Below are positions 38,916 through 49,206 of a DNA stretch of 64,000 bases, one piece after another. The notes under the pieces are model-generated. The model saw only the letters and a program-made list of their open reading frames with translations. It searched no databases and was not told where the DNA came from. Source of the DNA: Desulfobacterales bacterium (GTDB taxonomy: Bacteria > Desulfobacterota > Desulfobacteria > Desulfobacterales > UBA5852); NCBI GenBank assembly GCA_963674755.2, contig CAXXVS010000001.1:864001-928000 (forward strand), read 5' to 3'. Each line of letters begins with the position of its first letter. Within the stretch, counting starts at the first letter, position 1. Both the position numbers and the translations under genes were made by a program.

Positions 38916-39836
38916 TTATTTCTCCCGTTCCACCAAACCCTTCACAAACCAGCGTTGCATGAAAAGCACCACCAGGATCGGCGGCAGCATGACGATCAGG
39001 GCGCCGGACAGGGCCACGTTCCAGAAGGGGACGTCGTCGATCTGGGGGATAAGGTTCTGAAGGCCGATGACGGCCGTGGTCATGTCCGGATCGGTTGTGA
39101 TCAGGAGGGGCCAGAGATACTGGTTCCAGCCGTAGACGAATTCGATGACCACCAGGGCGGCGATGTTCGTTACCGACAGGGGTAGGAGAATCTTGCGGAA
39201 GAACATCATGGCCGATGCTCCGTCCAGCTTGGCGGCCTCGCAGAGCTCTTCGGGAACGGTCAGGAAAAACTGGCGGAAGAGAAAGGTGCAGGTGGCCGAC
39301 GCCACCAGGGGCAGGATCAAGCCCGTATAGCTGTCCAGGAGGCTCCATTCCAGCGCAATCTCCACGTCGTGTCCGGTCCACCATTGAAGGAGCTGGTTCA
39401 GGTGCAGGGCATCGGCCAGCCACTGCAGGGGGCCGAAAATATTGGCGGCAATCTCATAGGTCGGCAGGATGCGTACTTCCACCGGCAGCATCAGGGTGCA
39501 GAATACAGCCGCAAAGGCGACCTTGCGGAAGCGGTAGTCGAAATACACGATGGAAAAGGCTCCCAGCATGGAAACCACAATCTTCCCGATCGTGATGCCG
39601 GATGCCATCACAAAGGAGTTCAACAGCTGGCGTCCCAGATTGCCCTGGGCCCAGGCGGCCTTCATGTTGACCCAAAACTGATCGCCCGGCATCAGCGGCA
39701 TGGGAACTTTGGAGACTTCCGACAACGGCAGCGAGGCCGCCACGAAGGTATAGAAGATCGGAAATCCGACGATACAGATGCCGATCATGAGGAAAGCATA
39801 GGTCAGGGTGTCGAGAAGCGGGGTTCGTTCAACCAT
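38916..39836 (-). CDS. ugpE: sn-glycerol-3-phosphate ABC transporter permease
   Basis: MLPVEVRILPT, ASATCTFLFRQFF, EAA loop, QRWFVKGLVEREK. Confidence 0.85.
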   Translation of the reverse strand: MVERTPLLDTLTYAFLMIGICIVGFPIFYTFVAASLPLSEVSKVPMPLMPGDQFWVNMKAAWAQGNLGRQLLNSFVMASGITIGKIVVSMLGAFSIVYFDYRFRKVAFAAVFCTLMLPVEVRILPTYEIAANIFGPLQWLADALHLNQLLQWWTGHDVEIALEWSLLDSYTGLILPLVASATCTFLFRQFFLTVPEELCEAAKLDGASAMMFFRKILLPLSVTNIAALVVIEFVYGWNQYLWPLLITTDPDMTTAVIGLQNLIPQIDDVPFWNVALSGALIVMLPPILVVLFMQRWFVKGLVEREK

Positions 39837-39842
39837 GTCTTT

Positions 39843-40733
39843 TTATAGGGTGTATTGCACCTTGCGTTCCACGTAGCGGAACTGCAACACTGTTATGGTT
39901 ATGATCAATGCCATCAGCACCACCGACTGGGCCGCCGAGGATCCCAGATTCAACCCGATGAACCCGTCCTGGTAGACTTTGTAGACCAGGGTCGTCGTCG
40001 CGCCGCCGGGCCCCCCCTGGGTGACGGTGTAAATGACACCGAAGGTCTCGAAAAAGGCATAAATGACGTTCATGACCATCAAAAAGAAAAGGGTGGGGGA
40101 CAGCAGCGGGAAGGTGATGGCCCAGAAGCGGCGAAAGGGGCCGGCGCCGTCCATGGCCGCCGCTTCCACCAGCGAGTGGGGGATGGCCTGCATGCCCGCC
40201 ACGAAAAAGACGAAGTTGTAGCTGATCTGCTTCCAGGCGCTGGCGATGATCACCATGATGAGGGCATCGCTGCCGTTGAGAACCGGATTCCAGTCGATGC
40301 CCAGGCGCCGCTTGAGGAAAAAGGCCACCACGCCGAAGGAGGGGTGCAGCAAAAACAGCCACAGGATGCCGGAGATGGCCGGCGCCACGGCATAAGGCCA
40401 GATGAGCATGGTGCGGATGACGGCCTTGGCCCGCAGGGCCCGATTGGCCAGGCTGGCGATAAACAGGCCCAGGGTGATGGCGGTCAGGGCGGTCGCAAAG
40501 CTGAACTCCAATGTAATACCGATGGATTTCAGGTAGAGCGGATCCGAGAAGATGCTGATGAAATTGTCGAACCAGACAAACCGGTTGCGCTGGCCGAAAG
40601 GGTCGCTCAACATGACCGATTGAATCATGCCCTGGGTGGCCGGCCAGTAAAAGAAGGTAAGCGTCACCAGCACTTGGGGCGTGATCAGGAGGTATGGCAG
40701 GATGCGTGATTTGAAGATGGAACGCTTGATCAT
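39843..40733 (-). CDS. ugpA: sn-glycerol-3-phosphate ABC transporter permease
   Basis: WKQISYNF, EAAAMDGA, SSAAQSV, ERKVQY. Confidence 0.88.
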   Translation of the reverse strand: MIKRSIFKSRILPYLLITPQVLVTLTFFYWPATQGMIQSVMLSDPFGQRNRFVWFDNFISIFSDPLYLKSIGITLEFSFATALTAITLGLFIASLANRALRAKAVIRTMLIWPYAVAPAISGILWLFLLHPSFGVVAFFLKRRLGIDWNPVLNGSDALIMVIIASAWKQISYNFVFFVAGMQAIPHSLVEAAAMDGAGPFRRFWAITFPLLSPTLFFLMVMNVIYAFFETFGVIYTVTQGGPGGATTTLVYKVYQDGFIGLNLGSSAAQSVVLMALIITITVLQFRYVERKVQYTL

Positions 40734-40895
40734 GACTGCTGTATTCGTTGGATCAGTTGTCGCACTCGCTTACGCGCCGTTGGCGCCCCCCGTCGTTTGG
40801 AAACCACGATGGCCGCATCCCGACCGGTTTTTCTTAAACGCATTTTGGATCTCCCTTGGGAAAACCGGTGCGGGATGGGGTCATGATGGTCGGTT

Positions 40896-42221
40896 TTACT
40901 TATAGGTTTTTTCAAACTCGCGCAGCTTTTCGTTGCTGCGGCTCACAGCGTCGTCCATGGCCTGCTGGGGCGTCTTGGCGCCGCTCCAGATGAGTTCCAT
41001 TTCCTCGTTGATGATATTGCGGATCTGGACGAAGTAGCCCAGGCGCAACCCGCGCGAGTTTTTGGTGGGATTGCGCCGGGTCATCTGCTTGATACCGACT
41101 TCCTGGTAGGGATTCTCGTCGAAATACCCATCCGCCTTCAGGGATTCATAGGCATTGATAGTGATGGGGAAGTACCCGGTTTCCTTGTGCCACAGTTTCT
41201 GCATATCGGGCTGGGCCAGGAAATAAAGAAAGTCGGCGACGCCTTTGTAATCTTCCTTGGAATGGCCCTTCATCACCCACAGCGAAGCGCCGCCGATGAT
41301 GCTGTTCTGGGGGGCCTTCGTGCTGGCTTCCACCGGCAGGGGCGCGATATCCCAGCCAAAGGTGGCATTTTTCTTGACGGCGCCGATGCCGCTGATGGAC
41401 TCCATCAGGATGGCCGCATCCTGGGCGACGAAGGCCGCCTGGGGTCCCTGGTACTTCTGGCCTTCGTAGGAGAAACGGCCGTCCGCCATCCAGGATTTGA
41501 GACGCGTCAGGTGATTCACCACCTGGGGGTTGTTGATCAGCAGTTTGCAATCCAGGCCTTCATAGCCGTCCGCTTTGCTGGCAAAGGGTATGTTTTGAAT
41601 GGCGCTGAAGTTTTCCACCTGGATCCAGGACTGCCAGGAGGTGACCATGCCTTTATCGACGCCCGAAGCCACCAGCTTGGCCGTGATGTCGCCCAACTGA
41701 TCCCAGGTGATGGGTTCGGTTTTGGACAGCATGGGGATGCCGGCCTTTTTGAAGAGGTCCACATTGTAGTACATGACCGGGGTGGACGAGTTGAAGGGCA
41801 TGGACATCAGGTTGTTGTTTTGATCCACATAGTAAGAGAGAACGGGCTGCAGGTAGCCCGACCAGTCGATCTTGTAGCCTTGATCTTCCATCAGTTGATA
41901 GACGGGATAGACGGCTCCCGAAAGCATCATGGTGAGGGTGCCCACCTCGAAAACCTGCAGGATGTGGGGTTGTTTCTTGGCCCGATAGGCCGCTACGCCG
42001 GCGTTGACCGTTTCGTCATAATTGCCTTTGTTGGTTTCGATGACCACATAGTCGTTTTGCGAGGCGTTGAAGGCGTCCACGATCTTCTTCAGGGTTTCGC
42101 CCCGGGGGCCCCGCATGGCGTGCCACCACTGGATTTCAATGGGCTTGGCCAGTACTTCACTGGCCGCGAAAAGGGTTACCATAGCCAAAATGACGAGCAC
42201 CACTAACTTCCGCGATTTCAT
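40896..42221 (-). CDS. ugpB: sn-glycerol-3-phosphate ABC transporter substrate-binding protein
   Basis: WWHAM, PHILQVFEVGT, PFNSSTP, NSIIGGASLWV. Confidence 0.9.
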   Translation of the reverse strand: MKSRKLVVLVILAMVTLFAASEVLAKPIEIQWWHAMRGPRGETLKKIVDAFNASQNDYVVIETNKGNYDETVNAGVAAYRAKKQPHILQVFEVGTLTMMLSGAVYPVYQLMEDQGYKIDWSGYLQPVLSYYVDQNNNLMSMPFNSSTPVMYYNVDLFKKAGIPMLSKTEPITWDQLGDITAKLVASGVDKGMVTSWQSWIQVENFSAIQNIPFASKADGYEGLDCKLLINNPQVVNHLTRLKSWMADGRFSYEGQKYQGPQAAFVAQDAAILMESISGIGAVKKNATFGWDIAPLPVEASTKAPQNSIIGGASLWVMKGHSKEDYKGVADFLYFLAQPDMQKLWHKETGYFPITINAYESLKADGYFDENPYQEVGIKQMTRRNPTKNSRGLRLGYFVQIRNIINEEMELIWSGAKTPQQAMDDAVSRSNEKLREFEKTYK

Positions 42222-42519
42222 ATCCTTTCCTCCTCTCCCATGAGTGCTATTGACGCTGAGAACCCGCCACTCGGGTTCTGTTATCCCATTCTGTCATGGA
42301 GAAATGCCCATAGCAATTTACACGCATATCGGGGATGTGTTAATGGAGTCAAGGATTAATTGGAACCGGGCGGAAGAATTCGAATGCCATTCCGGGGTTG
42401 GTTGGATTAGAAATAAATTTATTAGGTTATCATTGGCCGGGAATGAATCCGGACCCCCTGGAGATGCAGGGGAAACAGGCCCCCGATCGGAAGAGTGATC
42501 CCGGGGCGGGAAAGTGGCG

Positions 42520-43617
42520 ATGGCACGCGTCGATCTGAGAAAAGTGGTCAAACGGTACGGAAAAGTGGAAGTGGTGCACGGGATCGATCTGGAAATCAAC
42601 GACGTGGAATTCGTTGTCCTGGTGGGACCCTCGGGCTGCGGCAAATCCACCACCCTGCGCATGGTGGCCGGCCTGGAAGAGATCAGTGAGGGGGAAATCT
42701 TTATCGACGACCAGCGGATCAACGACCTGGCGCCCAAAGACCGCGGCGTGGCCATGGTGTTTCAAAACTACGCGCTTTACCCCCACATGAACGTTTACAA
42801 TAACATGGCGTTCGGGCTTAAACTGCGCAAAACATCCAAGGCCGAGATCGAGGAACGGGTCCAGCGGGCCGCCGCAACGTTGGGGTTGACGGACTATCTG
42901 AAGCGCAAACCCCACGAGCTCTCGGGCGGCCAACGCCAGCGGGTGGCCATGGGACGGGCCATTGTCCGTAATCCCAAGGTATTTTTGTTTGACGAGCCCC
43001 TCTCCAACCTGGATGCCAAACTGCGCACCCAGATGCGCATCGAGATCAAGCTGTTGCACCAGAAGGTCCAGAACACGATCATTTACGTTACCCACGACCA
43101 GGTGGAAGCCATGACCCTGGCCGATCGCATCGTGGTCATGCGGGACGGATATATCGAACAGGTGGGGGCCCCGCTGGATATTTTCGAGAATCCGGTCAAC
43201 ACGTTTGTGGCCGGTTTCATCGGCAGCCCTCCCATGAATCTCGTGCCGGCCAGGCTGCAAAGCGAAACGGACGGTCTGGTGCTGGTTTTCGAGGGCGGTT
43301 TGCGGGTCCCGGTGCCCGCCAAGGCCGGCCGGGAACTCCAGGCCGGTCGGGAGGTGATCATGGGGCTGCGCACCGAAGACATCACCATCGACAACGGCGA
43401 TAGCAAACTGCCCGAAGCATGGAAGGCGGAAGGCCTCGTGGAGGTGGTGGAACCGCTGGGCAGCGAAACCAATCTCCACATGGATTTCTCCGGCACCAAA
43501 ATGATCGCCAGGAGCGAGGGGCGCAAACTTGTCCACGCGCACAAGCGCATCCGGCTGGCCATGAATCTCAATCACCTGCATTTATTTGACGCCCGTACCA
43601 CGGAAGCGATCTATTAA
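42520..43617 (+). CDS. ugpC: ABC transporter ATP-binding subunit (UgpC/MalK)
   Basis: GPSGCGKS, LSGGQRQR, DEPLSNLD; divergent from ugpB. Confidence 0.88.
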   Translation: MARVDLRKVVKRYGKVEVVHGIDLEINDVEFVVLVGPSGCGKSTTLRMVAGLEEISEGEIFIDDQRINDLAPKDRGVAMVFQNYALYPHMNVYNNMAFGLKLRKTSKAEIEERVQRAAATLGLTDYLKRKPHELSGGQRQRVAMGRAIVRNPKVFLFDEPLSNLDAKLRTQMRIEIKLLHQKVQNTIIYVTHDQVEAMTLADRIVVMRDGYIEQVGAPLDIFENPVNTFVAGFIGSPPMNLVPARLQSETDGLVLVFEGGLRVPVPAKAGRELQAGREVIMGLRTEDITIDNGDSKLPEAWKAEGLVEVVEPLGSETNLHMDFSGTKMIARSEGRKLVHAHKRIRLAMNLNHLHLFDARTTEAIY

Positions 43618-43899
43618 ATCGGCGGGGCCCTGGCCGCAAGCATTCCGATCGGTTTGAGGCCCCAGGGGCCGGTCGGGCCTGACATCGACCTACCATTCCT
43701 GACCAGACCACAGACAGATCAAATCCGGCCGATCGGTTTGCCCTCCGATCCCCTCTATTACCATCGAAACCGAAATCCCCCGGCTTGATCTACAGGCGAA
43801 GGCGATTATCTTAAAGGGCGATTTCCGATCAACGATCGTTTTTTATGTCCGCCTTTTTCATCAGAATTTACCACCGATCAAAGGGAGAACCAACGCGTG

Positions 43900-44358
43900 A
43901 TGACAACGACTGCCAATCCCTATCTCATCCGTTGCCCGCATTGCCGGACGCGCAACCGCATTCCGGCCGACAAGCTGGGTGCCGTGGCGCGCTGCGGTAA
44001 ATGCCAGGGGGCGATACCCACCGCGGAGGTGCTCACCCCCCAGCCCCAGTTGGTAACGGACGCCAATTTTGAGCAAACCATCCTGCAATCCCCCATCCCG
44101 GCCCTTGTTTTCGCCTGGGCGCCCTGGTGCGGCACCTGTACCCAGGTGGCCCCGGCCTTCGACCGTTTCGCCCGGGAGGCCAAGGGACGCGTCCGCTCAG
44201 CTAAACTCAACGTGGACGCCAACCGGCAGCTCGCCACCCGTTTCAATATCCTCAGCGTCCCGTTTCTGTTCGTTTTCGACAACGGCCAGTTGAAGCAGAG
44301 CCTGCCCGGCGTTCAGACCACCCACGAGCTGATGATGCTGATGGCGCCCTATATTTAG
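43900..44358 (+). CDS. trxC: Thioredoxin 2-like protein with N-terminal zinc finger
   Basis: CPHC...NRIP...CGKC followed by WAPWCGTC. Confidence 0.8.
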   Translation: MTTTANPYLIRCPHCRTRNRIPADKLGAVARCGKCQGAIPTAEVLTPQPQLVTDANFEQTILQSPIPALVFAWAPWCGTCTQVAPAFDRFAREAKGRVRSAKLNVDANRQLATRFNILSVPFLFVFDNGQLKQSLPGVQTTHELMMLMAPYI

Positions 44359-44376
44359 GCCGGCCGGAGTCCTCCT

Positions 44377-45324
44377 ATGCCCGCCGTCGTGCCTGCAAAC
44401 CAATCCAGCCCTTTGGAAGACGCGCTCCGCACCGCGCTGGCCGCGGGCGTCGTGCTCACCGCGCCGGTTCGCCGTTTCATGGAGGCCACCTTCGGCGCTG
44501 CCTCGCCGGCTGCTTTGCAGGCGCTGCTGGATGATGAATCCGATGCCGAGCGGGATTCCCTGCTGGATCTGCTCTTTTTCCCGGATGACACCCTGCAGGC
44601 GGCTCTCGAACCTATTCTGGCAAAGCACGTCCTATCGAAGGGTGACGTTGCCCGCCTGGCAGCCCGTCTCAAGGCCGAACCGGGCATGGCACGTTTTATT
44701 TTTCCCGGGGCACAGGTCCCTGTCACCGCGGTGCTGCCGGCCTTCGGGGTGGATGCCTTCCTGGGCCGCTTGAATCTCACCTGGCAGCCCGCGGCGGCGC
44801 TCGAGGCGGTGCTTGAAGAGGTGGATGCCCGGCCCCTGTCCGCCACCGGTGATTCCCGGGATGGGTATCTTCGGCTGCGGGTTTGGCTGCGCAACGCCGC
44901 GCTGAGGCAGACACCGGTCCCGGTCCGGTTTTTGTGCGACTTCCTGACCCGGCGGTCCCTCGATGACGCAGCCTTTGTCGACCAATTACAGTTCAGTCTC
45001 GTCTTCTTGAAAGAGCATGAAGGTGCGGTCAATTTGTATGCCGCCCTGATGAACCGTAAAAAATTTATTTTCCGGCATCTTATGGACGCCCGAAGATCGG
45101 CGGCCAGGGCCGCCTGCAGCAACATGGAGACCCTGGTCATGACCGGTGTGCGCACCCCCTACTTCGATGTCCCCCGGGGAGAGCGCACCCTGGCGCTGAT
45201 CGATGCCATTGCGATGGCCGTGTACGGCCGCACGGAACCGCTGGAAGGCGCACCACGGGAAGTCGATCTCGGTGAACACGCGGAAGGATTGGACACGGCG
45301 GAATTGATCCGCAGACTCTCTTAA
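44377..45324 (+). CDS. Hypothetical protein
   Basis: 315-aa ORF with GGAG ribosome-binding site, co-oriented with trxC. Confidence 0.7.
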   Translation: MPAVVPANQSSPLEDALRTALAAGVVLTAPVRRFMEATFGAASPAALQALLDDESDAERDSLLDLLFFPDDTLQAALEPILAKHVLSKGDVARLAARLKAEPGMARFIFPGAQVPVTAVLPAFGVDAFLGRLNLTWQPAAALEAVLEEVDARPLSATGDSRDGYLRLRVWLRNAALRQTPVPVRFLCDFLTRRSLDDAAFVDQLQFSLVFLKEHEGAVNLYAALMNRKKFIFRHLMDARRSAARAACSNMETLVMTGVRTPYFDVPRGERTLALIDAIAMAVYGRTEPLEGAPREVDLGEHAEGLDTAELIRRLS

Positions 45325-45500
45325 CAATTCGTGGATAAAAGGCGCCTCAGGCCGAAATGCTGCGTTGGCCGCCTGCGCGGCATTACTCGTCTGATCATAG
45401 AGACAAGGGTGAGTCACCACCTCGCGAAATGGCTCACAACCCTGATGGCTGCTGCGGTGCCTTGACTTTCATCCTGTTGCTTATCCACGGCCTGTTGAGG
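45320..45500 (+). repeat. Dispersed element, family B, copy 2
   Basis: GGCGCCTCAGGCCGAAATGCTGCGTTGGCCGCCTGCGCGGCATT; termini CGTGGATAA/TTATCCACG. Confidence 0.75.
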
Positions 45501-45578
45501 TCCTAAGACGGGTGTTTACAAGCGGGTTCATTTCTCATAAAGAACCCACACCAACGCATCCGGAAAAAAAGGATTCCT

Positions 45579-46271
45579 ATGAAGATTACCCGATTAAGCC
45601 TGTACCGCGCGCTTGTGTGGCTCGGAATCGTTTTACTCACGACGTCCATGGGGGGCGCGGTCTACGGTCAGGCCGAAGCGCCGACGGATATCGATCCCCT
45701 GGCGGGCGAAATCCTCAACCATGTCGAAAAGCGTTATACCCGTTCGGCCTTCACGGCGCGCTTTACGATCGAATCAACCCTGAAAGCCATGCAGGTCACG
45801 GATACCGCTTCCGGGCGCCTGCTGGTCAAATACCCTGGTAAAATGCGCTGGGAGTATGAAAAGCCCGAGCCCATGCTCTTCATCACCGATGGGGAGACGC
45901 TCTGGATGTACCAGCCCCAGGCGCGTCAGGTGACCGTGGGCCAGGCGGATGAGGTGCTGGGCGGCAGCCAGGGGGCCAGTTTTCTGTCGGACATGCGCCT
46001 GCTGCGGCGGCAGTTCCGGATCGAACTGGATCCCAGCGGCAGCGATGCGACCGCCCGGCTCAAACTGATTCCCCGGGAGAACACCTTTGATATCGCCTCC
46101 ATCACGCTCACGATTTCCCGGGCCACTTACGAAGTGGTGGAAGTATTGACCGTCAACCTGTACGACGACACGACACGGATCATGTTCCACGATATCAAAT
46201 TTGAGCAGAACCTGCCGGATGACTTGTTTCATTTTGAGATACCCAAGGGCGTAGAAGTCCTGGAATTCTAG
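45579..46271 (+). CDS. lolA: Outer-membrane lipoprotein carrier LolA
   Basis: PGKMRWEY..P...DGETLWMY.P...QV and F.F.IPKGVEV motifs. Confidence 0.85.
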   Translation: MKITRLSLYRALVWLGIVLLTTSMGGAVYGQAEAPTDIDPLAGEILNHVEKRYTRSAFTARFTIESTLKAMQVTDTASGRLLVKYPGKMRWEYEKPEPMLFITDGETLWMYQPQARQVTVGQADEVLGGSQGASFLSDMRLLRRQFRIELDPSGSDATARLKLIPRENTFDIASITLTISRATYEVVEVLTVNLYDDTTRIMFHDIKFEQNLPDDLFHFEIPKGVEVLEF

Positions 46272-46395
46272 GCGGTCGCGTAAAATGGACAATATCGGCG
46301 TTGTGCGGCGCTCCTCGTCAGTGCGGCGTACCTGATGTACGCCTCCCTCCTCGGAACTTGCACGCCTTGATCTTGTCCATTTTACGCAACCGCCT
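46270..46395 (+). repeat. Family A element
   Basis: 22/23-bp terminal IR plus conserved core; overlaps the lolA stop codon. Confidence 0.85.
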
Positions 46396-46494
46396 GGAAG
46401 ATGTTCTGATGATTTTATCCCCATTGGTGACACAACGTCTGGGATCGATTTTTAACTGTTCAGCGTCAACCGAAGCAATAGGAGACGAGCTGCG

Positions 46495-47391
46495 ATGGAA
46501 GACCAGATACGGTCCTTGTTGAAGAAGCGCCGGGCGATTTTGCTGGCCCATAATTACCAGCCCCCCGAAATCCAGGATGTGGCCGATTTTTGCGGTGACT
46601 CGCTGGAGTTGAGCATCAAGGCCGCCCGCACGGAAGCCGAGGTGATCGTCTTCTGCGGGGTGCATTTCATGGCCGAGACGGCTTCCATTCTGTCGCCTGG
46701 AAAGACCGTTCTTTTGCCCCGGACCGATGCGGGCTGTCCCATGGCCGATATGGTGACGCCGGAAGCGCTCATGGCCAAATTGGCCACCCTGCCGTCCATG
46801 CCGGTGGTGACCTACGTCAATTCAAGCGCCGCCGTCAAAGCGCTCTCCACCATCTGCTGCACCTCGGCCAACGCTTTCGAGGTCGTCGAGAGCCTGGAGG
46901 CCGAAGAGGTTCTCATGGTGCCGGACCGCAACCTGGCCCGCAATACGGCCGCCCGCAGCTCAAAGAAAATCCACACCTGGGAGGGCTACTGTCCGTTCCA
47001 CAACCTGCTGACGGTGGAAGAGGTTCAGGCGGCCAAGGCCGAACATCCCGGAGCGATGTTCATGGCCCACCCCGAATGCCCGCCGGAGGTGGTCGCCCTG
47101 GCGGATGCCACGGTCAGCACGTCCGGCATGATTCGCTACGCCCGGCAGTCCAGGGCCTCGTCCTTCCTCGTGGGCACCGAAGTGGGGATGCGCTATCCCC
47201 TTGAAAAAGCCTGCCCGGACAAGGTGTTTCACATGGTCTCCCCGCGGATGCGCTGCGACGACATGAAGAAAATCACCCTGGCTGATATCGTGCGCTGCCT
47301 GGAGACCCTGGAAGGGGAAGTCAAGGTGCCGGAGGATGTCCGGCAGCCGGCCCTGAAGTCCGTGGAGCGCATGATTGCCGTCTCGGGCTAA
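46495..47391 (+). CDS. nadA: Quinolinate synthase
   Basis: LAHNYQ, GDSLEL, FCGVHFMAE, GCPMA and HPEC motifs. Confidence 0.95.
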   Translation: MEDQIRSLLKKRRAILLAHNYQPPEIQDVADFCGDSLELSIKAARTEAEVIVFCGVHFMAETASILSPGKTVLLPRTDAGCPMADMVTPEALMAKLATLPSMPVVTYVNSSAAVKALSTICCTSANAFEVVESLEAEEVLMVPDRNLARNTAARSSKKIHTWEGYCPFHNLLTVEEVQAAKAEHPGAMFMAHPECPPEVVALADATVSTSGMIRYARQSRASSFLVGTEVGMRYPLEKACPDKVFHMVSPRMRCDDMKKITLADIVRCLETLEGEVKVPEDVRQPALKSVERMIAVSG

Positions 47392-47634
47392 GCATGCGCT
47401 CAATCCCCAATAACCGTTTCTATTATCGGGTTAGGAATCGAAATCAGGTTCGGAATCGTGCTGTCTTGCAAGATCTGTCATCCGGCACCAGGAGAAAGGT
47501 GCCTCCGTTTAGCCCTATGAGGTCAAAGGGATCGCTTTTGTCTCGATTTCGATAGCGATCCCGATTGCGCTCCGGATGTTTCACACCACCCCGCCGGCCT
47601 TTGGCCGTCATCTGAAAGTAAATACCATCTGAAC

Positions 47635-47684
47635 AACCCATAAAACGCGGACGCCTCCCAACCGGCGCCCGCGTTTTATGGGTT
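47635..47684. terminator. Probable terminator hairpin between convergent nadA and yebC
   Basis: AACCCATAAAACGCGG...CCGCGTTTTATGGGTT perfect 16-bp outer stem, extendable inward. Confidence 0.65.
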
Positions 47685-47705
47685 TAGCCAGTGGCCGGCG
47701 GTGGG

Positions 47706-48446
47706 TCAGTCGTCCACCATATCGTCCGGGATGTCGGCGTTGGTGTAGACTTTCTGGACATCGTCGCAGTTGTCCAGCATGTCCATGAGGCGGATCATCT
47801 GCTGGGCCTCCTTGCCCTCCAGGCTGGTGGTGTTCTGGGGCAGCATGGTAACTTCGGCGTCGATGTAGGGGATGCCGGCGGTATCGATGGCCTCCTTGAC
47901 GGTTTCGAAATCCTCGGGGGCCGTGATGACCTCGAAATTGCTGCCATCCTCGCGAACATCCTCGGCCCCGGCTTCCAGGGCGACTTCCATGAGCCGGTCT
48001 TCCTCGGCGGCCGATTTTTCAACCACCAGATAACCTTTGGTGTCGAACATCCAGGCCACGCAGCCCCCCGCGCCCAGGTTGCCGCCGCATTTGCTGAAGC
48101 AATGCCGGATTTCGGAAACGGCCCGGTTCTTGTTGTCCGACAGGGACTCCACGAAAACCGCCGCCCCGCCCGGGCCGTAGCCCTCGTAGGTGCTTTCTTC
48201 GTAGCTCACGCCCTCCAGCTCGCCGGTTCCTTTCTTGATGGCCCGGTCCATGTTGTCCTTGGGCATGTTTTCGGTCTTGGCCGTATCCACGGCCCGGCGC
48301 AGCCGGGGGTTGGCGTTGATGTCGCCGCCCCCCATGCGGGCGGCCACGGTGATTTCCTTGATGAGTTTCGTAAAGACTTTGCCCCGCCGGGCGTCGGCCG
48401 CCCCCTTGCGGTGTTTGATATTGGCCCACTTACTGTGCCCTGACAT
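47706..48446 (-). CDS. yebC: YebC/PmpR family protein
   Basis: [31 protein letters not shown]. Confidence 0.95.
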   Translation of the reverse strand: MSGHSKWANIKHRKGAADARRGKVFTKLIKEITVAARMGGGDINANPRLRRAVDTAKTENMPKDNMDRAIKKGTGELEGVSYEESTYEGYGPGGAAVFVESLSDNKNRAVSEIRHCFSKCGGNLGAGGCVAWMFDTKGYLVVEKSAAEEDRLMEVALEAGAEDVREDGSNFEVITAPEDFETVKEAIDTAGIPYIDAEVTMLPQNTTSLEGKEAQQMIRLMDMLDNCDDVQKVYTNADIPDDMVDD

Positions 48447-49067
48447 TTATGCCTCCTGTTTTTTCCCCTTGCCGATCACGAAAATCTCACGGCTGGCCTT
48501 GCGGCTGCTTTGGGGTTTGTAGATATGACAGCGGTCAAACTGCTGCTTTACACGTTCGTTAAAGGTTGCCGAATCCGGTCCCTGGAAAATCTTGCAGACC
48601 AATCCGCCCCCCGGCCGCAGATAGTCCTGGGCGACGGCCAGGGCCCTTTCGCACAGGTTCAACGAGCGGGCGGCGTCCACGTCCCGGTGGCCGCTGGTGG
48701 CCGGGGCCATGTCGCTGATCACGCAATGGAATCCCCGGCCCAGCAACTCAGTGACGTCCCCGGGCAGATCGAAAATATCAGCCACGATCGTTTGGGTGTT
48801 GCGGGGCAGCGTCATGTTTACCGGCTTTAAATCCACCCCCAACACAGAACCCTTGGGCCCCACGACTTCGGCTGCATATTTCAGCCAGGATCCCGGAGCG
48901 CAGCCCAGGTCGAGAACCCGGCTGCCGGCGCGCAGCAATCGATAGCGCTTCTGAATTTCCTGAAGCTTATAGACCGATCGGGCCGGGTAATTGTCCTTGC
49001 GCGCCTGGCGCGTATAGTGGTCCGCCCAACGGTTGTGGCTGCCTGGTTTGGTTGTTTTTCGGGGCAT
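48447..49067 (-). CDS. rlmE: 23S rRNA Um2552 methyltransferase
   Basis: ARSVYKL, DLGCAPGSW, SDMAP, KP.SSR..S.E. Confidence 0.92.
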   Translation of the reverse strand: MPRKTTKPGSHNRWADHYTRQARKDNYPARSVYKLQEIQKRYRLLRAGSRVLDLGCAPGSWLKYAAEVVGPKGSVLGVDLKPVNMTLPRNTQTIVADIFDLPGDVTELLGRGFHCVISDMAPATSGHRDVDAARSLNLCERALAVAQDYLRPGGGLVCKIFQGPDSATFNERVKQQFDRCHIYKPQSSRKASREIFVIGKGKKQEA

Positions 49068-49206
49068 GCGGGTCTGCGCCGCCCGCGACTGCGGACGTTA
49101 ATTCCTTGTCTTTACTTGATAAAAGCGGTCTTCTATACACTTAAAACAGGGGTGAAGTCAAGACGGGGGCCTATGGATTTGCCTGAACAGGGGGCAAAGA
49201 CCGATC

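Noticed and set aside
43900..44358. WCGTC active site as a novel thioredoxin
   Set aside because: CxxC dipeptide variation is common and not remarkable alone
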